Shown: positions 58,544-64,000 of the stretch, piece after piece
Layout: the number at the start of each line of letters is the position of its first letter
Numbering within the stretch: position 1 is the stretch's first letter
Source: an uncultured Bacteroidales bacterium
GTDB lineage: Bacteria; Bacteroidota; Bacteroidia; Bacteroidales; PWNQ01
Assembly (NCBI GenBank): GCA_964477095.1
Contig: CAYZDA010000001.1
Coordinates: 75,570 to 139,569, forward strand
DNA: 64,000 nucleotides
Direction: 5' to 3'
The notes under the pieces: generated by a model
Told to the model about the DNA's origin: nothing
What the model saw: the letters and a program-made list of their open reading frames with translations, nothing else
Databases searched by the model: none
Program-made: the position numbers and the translations under genes

Positions 58544-59359
58544 TTATTCTTCTTCCGGGATCAAATTATCGTAGAACTCGTTATAGGCCTGAATATAGGT
58601 TTCTTCCGACTGGTGTTCCAGTATGGGTTTTCCGCTTTTTTCTGCATATTTACGAAGTTCATCATTGATTTTCTCACTACCCATTATCAGGGCATCGGAA
58701 AGATCAATAGCTGATTTCATAAGGTTAACGTAGGTTGGCTTTTTATAGTATGCCAGCTCATCATCCTTCAAACCGTCGAATTTAAGCTTGTCAACCAATT
58801 CAGGATTCATCTCTTCTGGAAAATCGTCATCATAAAGTGAGGTGACGATTTTTGCGTCAGAAAAGATAGGATTATCTTTCATTACCTTCCTGATGTATAA
58901 AGGCACCAGGCTTGACATCCAGCCGTGAATGTGAATGATATCAGGCACCCATCCCAGCTTTTTCACTGTTTCCAGCACCCCTTTGGAAAAGAACAAAGCA
59001 CGCTCATCATTATCTTCGAAGAAATTCCCATCTTTGTCGCGGAAGAGTGCTTTGCGCTGGAAGTACTCCTCATTATCAATAAAATAAACCTGCATCCTGG
59101 CGCTTTGAATGGAAGCCACCTTAATGATCAACGGATGATCGATGTCATGAATGATCAGGTTCATTCCTGATAAGCGGATCACTTCGTGCAACTGATTGCG
59201 GCGCTCATTGATAAGACCGTAACGGGGCATGAAAGTCCTGATTTCCTTATCGCTTTCCTGTATGCCCTGCGGTAAAAAACGCCCTATCTTGCTCATGTGA
59301 TCCTCGGGAAGGAAGGGAGTAATTTTCTGTGACACATATAAAACTCTAGCCTTAGCCAT
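58544..59359 (-). CDS. Short glycogen/starch synthase-like protein (N-terminal GT5 domain only)
   Basis: 271 aa with a Glyco_transf_5-like N-terminus (VLYVSQKITPF...MPRYG...HIHGWMSSLVP). No C-terminal GT1 half. Confidence 0.7.
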   Translation of the reverse strand: MAKARVLYVSQKITPFLPEDHMSKIGRFLPQGIQESDKEIRTFMPRYGLINERRNQLHEVIRLSGMNLIIHDIDHPLIIKVASIQSARMQVYFIDNEEYFQRKALFRDKDGNFFEDNDERALFFSKGVLETVKKLGWVPDIIHIHGWMSSLVPLYIRKVMKDNPIFSDAKIVTSLYDDDFPEEMNPELVDKLKFDGLKDDELAYYKKPTYVNLMKSAIDLSDALIMGSEKINDELRKYAEKSGKPILEHQSEETYIQAYNEFYDNLIPEEE

Positions 59360-59392
59360 AATAATTTGGTATATTTGTTATAAAGAAAGATG

Positions 59393-59400
59393 CAAAATTA
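59393..59400 (-). promoter_or_regulatory. -7 promoter box candidate (TAATTTTG on the minus strand) for the glycogen-synthase-like gene
   Basis: The reverse complement of CAAAATTA matches TAnnTTTG, 34 nt upstream of the start at 59359. Confidence 0.4.
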
Positions 59401-59499
59401 GCAAAAAAAAGCCAGATATTCAATTTTTTCCTGTTAGCTTTATGCCCCCTAAAAAACGGGTGTAAAACAGCATGATGCGCCCGTTATAAAAAGCTGTTT

Positions 59500-60348
59500 A
59501 TGAAAACCATAGACAAAATCGACCAACTGAGGTCGGAATTGAGATATCACAGACATCAACAAAAAAGTATAGGGTTTGTTCCAACCATGGGTGCTTTACA
59601 CCAGGGACATCTCGACCTGATTGACAAGGGCAGGCAACAAAACGATATACTGGTGTGCAGTATTTTTGTGAATCCTGTTCAGTTTAATAATAAGGAGGAC
59701 CTGAATAATTATCCCCGCGCTTTGGCAAAGGATCTGGAAATGCTAAAAAAGGCCGGCTGCGATTATGCCTTTACACCTTCTGTTTCTGAAATGTATCCCG
59801 AACCTGTAACTGAAAAATATAACTTCGGCCACCTTGAACAGGTAATGGAGGGAAAGTTCCGCCCGGGTCACTTTAACGGGGTCGCTGTGGTGGTGAGGAA
59901 ATTGCTGGAAATAACTGAGCCTAAACGTGCTTATTTTGGCGAAAAAGATTACCAGCAACTCCAGATCATTCGGAAACTGGTGCAGGAAGCAAACCTCAAT
60001 GTGAAAATTGTACCCGTGGAAATATCACGAGAGGTGGATGGGCTTGCCCGTAGCTCGCGAAATGCCAGGCTTAAGCCGGAGGAGCGGGAAGCTGCACCGG
60101 CTATTTATAAAATTATCAGCAAGGCTCGTGACAAACTACAGCAGTTTCAAACTCCGGCTGATATGCAGAAATGGGGGTTAAATGAATTGAAAAAGCAAGC
60201 TCTGCTTGAACCCGAGTATTTTGAAATTGTTGATATGGAAACACTTGCACCCGTGAGTAATTGGGATGAAACTTCCTGTTGCATTTTGTGTGTGGCTGTT
60301 TTTATTGGTGAAGTTCGTTTAATAGATAATATTATATTATTTTCGTAA
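59500..60348 (+). CDS. panC: Pantoate--beta-alanine ligase
   Basis: [19 protein letters not shown] and SSRN motifs. Confidence 0.95.
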   Translation: MKTIDKIDQLRSELRYHRHQQKSIGFVPTMGALHQGHLDLIDKGRQQNDILVCSIFVNPVQFNNKEDLNNYPRALAKDLEMLKKAGCDYAFTPSVSEMYPEPVTEKYNFGHLEQVMEGKFRPGHFNGVAVVVRKLLEITEPKRAYFGEKDYQQLQIIRKLVQEANLNVKIVPVEISREVDGLARSSRNARLKPEEREAAPAIYKIISKARDKLQQFQTPADMQKWGLNELKKQALLEPEYFEIVDMETLAPVSNWDETSCCILCVAVFIGEVRLIDNIILFS

Positions 60349-60361
60349 AATTGAAATTGTT

Positions 60362-60706
60362 ATGCAAATTGAAGTATTAAAATCCAAGATACACAGAGTA
60401 AAAGTTACTGAAGCAGATTTACATTATATTGGCAGCATTACCATAGATGAAGATTTGATGGACGCTGTTAACATTATTGAAAATGAGAAAGTACAGGTAG
60501 TAAATTTAGATAATGGTGAACGCTTAATCACCTATGTGATAAAAGGAAAAAGAGGCAGCGGCGAGATATGCATGAACGGCCCGGCAGCAAGAAAAGCACT
60601 TGTTGGCGATACGCTGATTATTTTGTCATATGCAATGATGCCTTTGGAGGAAGCTAAGAAGTTCGAGCCCATTATCATTTTCCCTGATGATAATAACAAA
60701 ATCTAA
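60362..60706 (+). CDS. panD: Aspartate 1-decarboxylase
   Basis: [23 protein letters not shown], with the self-cleavage Gly-Ser site. 114 aa. Confidence 0.95.
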   Translation: MQIEVLKSKIHRVKVTEADLHYIGSITIDEDLMDAVNIIENEKVQVVNLDNGERLITYVIKGKRGSGEICMNGPAARKALVGDTLIILSYAMMPLEEAKKFEPIIIFPDDNNKI

Positions 60707-60713
60707 ATAGCTT

Positions 60714-61784
60714 TTGAGGCGGTATATACTAACCATATTGAAAGTACTGTTTTTCCTGTCCATAGGTTTTTTCTTTATCTGGATATTTCTAAAGCAGCTC
60801 TCTACAGAGCAGCGACAGGACATCATAGTTTCATTCAAAAGAGCTGATTATATCTGGTTGCTTTTTTCGATGGCTGCCGGGGCCATTAGTCATCTGCTGC
60901 GTGCCGAACGCTGGCGCTTGTTGATGAAGCCTATGGGGTACAAGCCAAAGCTGTCCAATACTTTTTTTGCCGTGATGATCGGATACCTGGCCAATCTGGC
61001 ACTGCCCAGGCTGGGAGAGGTTACACGTTGCGGTATACTTAATAAGTACGAGAAAATTCCTGTAAATAAGTCTTTTGGAACTGTGATTGCCGAACGGTCG
61101 GTGGATATGATCGTCTTTTTATTGCTGTTTTTTATTAACCTGTATGTATTCTGGTGGCAGTTGTCCGGATATGTTAACGAAAATGTGTTTGATCCGGTCA
61201 GCCAGAAGTTCACCGCCCTTGGTAGCCGTTCAGCCGGGCTTTGGATAATCGGGGTATCCTTAACCGCTATACTGGCATTGATCTTCGTGATCCACCGCTT
61301 CTACAGCGAAGCAAGGATCGTAGTAAGGATCAAGGATATATTACGCGGCTTTGTGGAAGGCTTCAGGTCAGTTCTGCAGGTAAAGCAATTCGGAATGTTT
61401 CTGGTGTATTCACTGTTAATCTGGGTGATGTATTTCTTTATGATCTATCTGTCTTTCTTCAGCCTGACTGAAACATCAGGACTTGGATTTGCACCAGGCC
61501 TGTCGGTATTGATATTTGGAACCATTGGGATTATGGTAGTGCAGGGTGGAATAGGTGTGTACCCGGCCATAGTAGCGGAAACACTGGCCATCTACGGCAT
61601 TTCTGAGGTGAAAGGATATGCTTCAGGCTGGTTGACATGGTCGGCGCAGAATGTATTGATAGTTTCCCTTGGCATACTCTCACTTCTGTTATTACCTTTG
61701 CTTACAAGAAAAAAGACATATGGAACCGCTTCAAAAGCTACACAGCAAGTTACTCAGCAGGAAACAGGCACAAAAAGCCAGTGA
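60714..61784 (+). CDS. UPF0104 / lysylphosphatidylglycerol-synthase-TM-region family membrane protein
   Basis: Multi-pass membrane protein with LRAERWRLLMKP. It has a TTG start, so the start is uncertain. Confidence 0.65.
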   Translation: MRRYILTILKVLFFLSIGFFFIWIFLKQLSTEQRQDIIVSFKRADYIWLLFSMAAGAISHLLRAERWRLLMKPMGYKPKLSNTFFAVMIGYLANLALPRLGEVTRCGILNKYEKIPVNKSFGTVIAERSVDMIVFLLLFFINLYVFWWQLSGYVNENVFDPVSQKFTALGSRSAGLWIIGVSLTAILALIFVIHRFYSEARIVVRIKDILRGFVEGFRSVLQVKQFGMFLVYSLLIWVMYFFMIYLSFFSLTETSGLGFAPGLSVLIFGTIGIMVVQGGIGVYPAIVAETLAIYGISEVKGYASGWLTWSAQNVLIVSLGILSLLLLPLLTRKKTYGTASKATQQVTQQETGTKSQ

Positions 61785-62208
61785 TGAACTAAAGGCAAAG
61801 GGAAAAACTCTGGTGTTTTCCAACGGCTGTTTCGACATCCTGCATCATGGTCATGTGGTTTACCTGGCTAAGGCTGCTGCCTTTGGCGATGCATTGATGA
61901 TCGGATTGAATACAGATGATTCAGTAAGAAAACTTAAGGGTGCAGATCGTCCTGTAAACCCGGAGTATTCCCGTGCATTATTGCTTGCCGCAATGGAATT
62001 TGTGGATTACGTGGTATTGTTTGCTGAAGATACGCCTTATGAGCTGATAAATATGGTGAAACCCGGTGTGCTGGTTAAGGGGAAAGACTATAAAATAGAA
62101 GAGGTAGTGGGGCACGATATAGTGACGGCTGCCGGCGGACAGGTGAAAACCGTTGATCTGGTGGAAGGCTTTTCAAGCAGCGGCATCATTGATAGGCTGA
62201 AAAAATAA
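61720..62208 (+). CDS. rfaE2: D-glycero-beta-D-manno-heptose 1-phosphate adenylyltransferase-like cytidylyltransferase
   Basis: Start trimmed to MEPLQKLH. Nucleotidyltransferase motif NGCFDILHHGH, and SSSGIIDR. Confidence 0.8.
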   Translation: MEPLQKLHSKLLSRKQAQKASDELKAKGKTLVFSNGCFDILHHGHVVYLAKAAAFGDALMIGLNTDDSVRKLKGADRPVNPEYSRALLLAAMEFVDYVVLFAEDTPYELINMVKPGVLVKGKDYKIEEVVGHDIVTAAGGQVKTVDLVEGFSSSGIIDRLKK

Positions 62209-62240
62209 AAAAACAGGCAGCCTTTTGTGAAAGCTGCCTG
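62204..62240. terminator. Terminator hairpin between convergent rfaE2-like and sod genes
   Basis: CAGGCAGC (62214-62221) pairs with GCTGCCTG (62233-62240). The T-run is on the minus strand, so it mainly serves sod. Confidence 0.55.
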
Positions 62241-62285
62241 CGGGATTAGTCAGACAATCAACAGGGAATTATCCCTGGTGAAATA

Positions 62286-62861
62286 TTAATATCTTTCCTG
62301 TACTTTTTTCCAGTCAATAATTTTGAAGAAATCCTCGATATAATCCGGTTTCTTGTTTTGCTTATCCAGGTAGAAGGCGTGCTCCCAGGTATCCATGGTA
62401 AGCAGGGGCGTGTATCCGTCTCTGATGGGGTTTTCGGCATTTTGTCCTTTACTGATGTACAGCTTTCCCTGATCATCTTTTGAAAGCCATACCCATCCTG
62501 AACCGAACAGGTCCTTTCCTGCTTTGGAAAACTCTTCCTTAAATTCATCAAAAGAGCCAAAATCGCGGTTAATGGCATCGGCCAGTTCGCCTTCGGGTTT
62601 TCCGCCACCGTCAGGACTCATGCAGTTCCAGTAAAAAGTGTGATTCCATACCTGTGCGCCATTGTTAAAGATGCCGCCATCTGCTTTTTTAATGATCTCT
62701 TCAAGATCAGCATCTTCAAATTCAGTACCCTGTATCAGGTCGTTCAGATTATCTACATATTTCTGATGATGTTTGCCATGGTGATATTCCAGGGTGGTTT
62801 CACTGATGTGGGGCTCAAGTGCTTTTTTCGGATAAGGCAGCTCCGGTAGTTCGTGTTTCAT
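62286..62861 (-). CDS. sod: Fe/Mn superoxide dismutase
   Basis: LPELPY, HHGKHH and DTWEHAFYLD motifs. Confidence 0.95.
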   Translation of the reverse strand: MKHELPELPYPKKALEPHISETTLEYHHGKHHQKYVDNLNDLIQGTEFEDADLEEIIKKADGGIFNNGAQVWNHTFYWNCMSPDGGGKPEGELADAINRDFGSFDEFKEEFSKAGKDLFGSGWVWLSKDDQGKLYISKGQNAENPIRDGYTPLLTMDTWEHAFYLDKQNKKPDYIEDFFKIIDWKKVQERY

Positions 62862-62958
62862 AATTTTGGTTTTTTTTGGTTGTCTTTTTTCGTTAATCAG
62901 ATAACAATAGCTCTTATACTTTTGTTTATCTGATTAAAAATAAATATCATAACAGATA

Positions 62959-64000
62959 TCAGCTGCTTTCGCTATTTAAATAATCCAGAGCCCTTTGGAA
63001 TTCTGCATCTATATTATGGATAACCGGATAAAAAGCCTTGTCATCAAAGATATTTCTCCCTATAAAAGCTTTCAGCCGGGTTCTGATCACCTTGTCAGCA
63101 GCGGCAAACTCACTATTGGATGCTTTAATGCCGTTTTGGCGGGCAAAACTTCTGAATTGTTTCATTACTGCAGAAGAAACCCTGTAGTTTTTTACGAAGT
63201 CACTGGGTTCATGGTATCGATCGAAGCTTTGGCGATGTGCATCGGCATAATTAAAGGCAAAGCGAAACATCATGCCCGAGCGGATAAGGTTCTTTGCCAG
63301 GTTATTGGGGATGTTTTCATCCAGCGGCACATAAATATCGGGGAAAATCCCACCACCGCCATACACAGTATCTCCTTCAGGTGTAAGATATTTGGAGGAT
63401 GTAACCAGACGCACCGAATCAGCATTGCCCATTTCTCCCGACTGGTAGCGTTCCACTATTTCCCTGTAATATTGCTGTTCATTTCCGGCTTCATAGGGTT
63501 TTTGTATGCTTCGCCCGGTGGGCGTATAATACCTTGCCACTGTCAGCCGTATGGCTGAGCCATCCTTCATGTCGAGCTGCTCCTGCACCAGCCCTTTTCC
63601 AAAGCTGCGCCTCCCGATGATGGTTCCCCTGTCGTTATCCTGCACTGCGCCTGCCACTATTTCGCTGGCTGAAGCCGACAACTCATCGATCAGCACTACC
63701 AGCTCACCCTGAAGGAATTCACCGCGCGCGGTGGCGTAGCTTTCTTTCCTGGGCCTGTTTTTGCCTTCTGTATAAACAATCAGCTTTCCTTTTTCAAGAA
63801 ATTCATCGGCCATTTTGACGGATTCAGACAGATAACCGCCACTATTTCCGCGAAGGTCAAGTATCAGCTTTTGCATCCCCTGCGCTTTTAGCTGTAGCAA
63901 GGCATTATGTACCTCTTCGGCGGTGGTGGCACTGAACTTGTTCAGCTTGATGTAGCCGGTGGTGCCGTTAATCATATAGGCGATATCCAGGCTGAAGGTG
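62959..64000 (-). CDS. S41 family C-terminal processing peptidase; the N-terminus lies beyond the window edge
   Basis: DLRGNSGGYL, catalytic Ser context DELSASASEIVAGA, and Lys context GRRSFGKG. The reading frame stays open upstream of the ORF-track Met to position 64000. Confidence 0.85.
   Translation of the reverse strand, partial: TFSLDIAYMINGTTGYIKLNKFSATTAEEVHNALLQLKAQGMQKLILDLRGNSGGYLSESVKMADEFLEKGKLIVYTEGKNRPRKESYATARGEFLQGELVVLIDELSASASEIVAGAVQDNDRGTIIGRRSFGKGLVQEQLDMKDGSAIRLTVARYYTPTGRSIQKPYEAGNEQQYYREIVERYQSGEMGNADSVRLVTSSKYLTPEGDTVYGGGGIFPDIYVPLDENIPNNLAKNLIRSGMMFRFAFNYADAHRQSFDRYHEPSDFVKNYRVSSAVMKQFRSFARQNGIKASNSEFAAADKVIRTRLKAFIGRNIFDDKAFYPVIHNIDAEFQRALDYLNSESS

Overview
This is a gene-dense chromosomal segment that looks like a Bacteroidota genome. 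The evidence is TAnnTTTG-type -7 promoter boxes just upstream of many starts, a T9SS C-terminal sorting domain, a single-cytochrome-b succinate dehydrogenase/fumarate reductase operon, and the glmS / DUF4270 / short glycogen-synthase / panCD arrangement. I can support about 56 protein genes, and almost all are housekeeping. They include sdhCAB, an ABC-F ATPase, guaB, three SurA/PpiD-like chaperones plus a MoxR ATPase, an acyl-CoA ligase, uvrA, rfbC, lpdA, mnmA, alaS, xth, serS, rsmA, copZ-copA, glmS, panC, panD, rfaE2-like, sod and an S41 protease. I saw no rRNA, tRNA, CRISPR array, transposase, integrase, phage gene or recognisable defence system. The one stretch that departs from ordinary core genome is a roughly 1.6 kb ORF-free island at 46.37-47.96 kb, between a small repeat-motif secreted protein and serS. 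It contains a canonical group II intron domain V plus a domain VI with a bulged A, and a ribosome-binding-site/ATG stub with no reverse-transcriptase ORF, so it is an ORF-less or decayed group II intron. It also contains a diverged internal duplication anchored on an exact 13-mer, and a roughly 100-nt purine/pyrimidine imperfect palindrome carrying four tandem 11-nt repeats. Secondary points of interest are a MerR-family regulator with all CarH-type adenosylcobalamin photoreceptor motifs next to an ECF sigma factor and palindromic sites, a small basic ORF between that sigma gene and a strong terminator, and a possible decayed AraC-like remnant upstream of copA. All functional calls rest on motif recognition by eye in the supplied translations. 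No database search was run.
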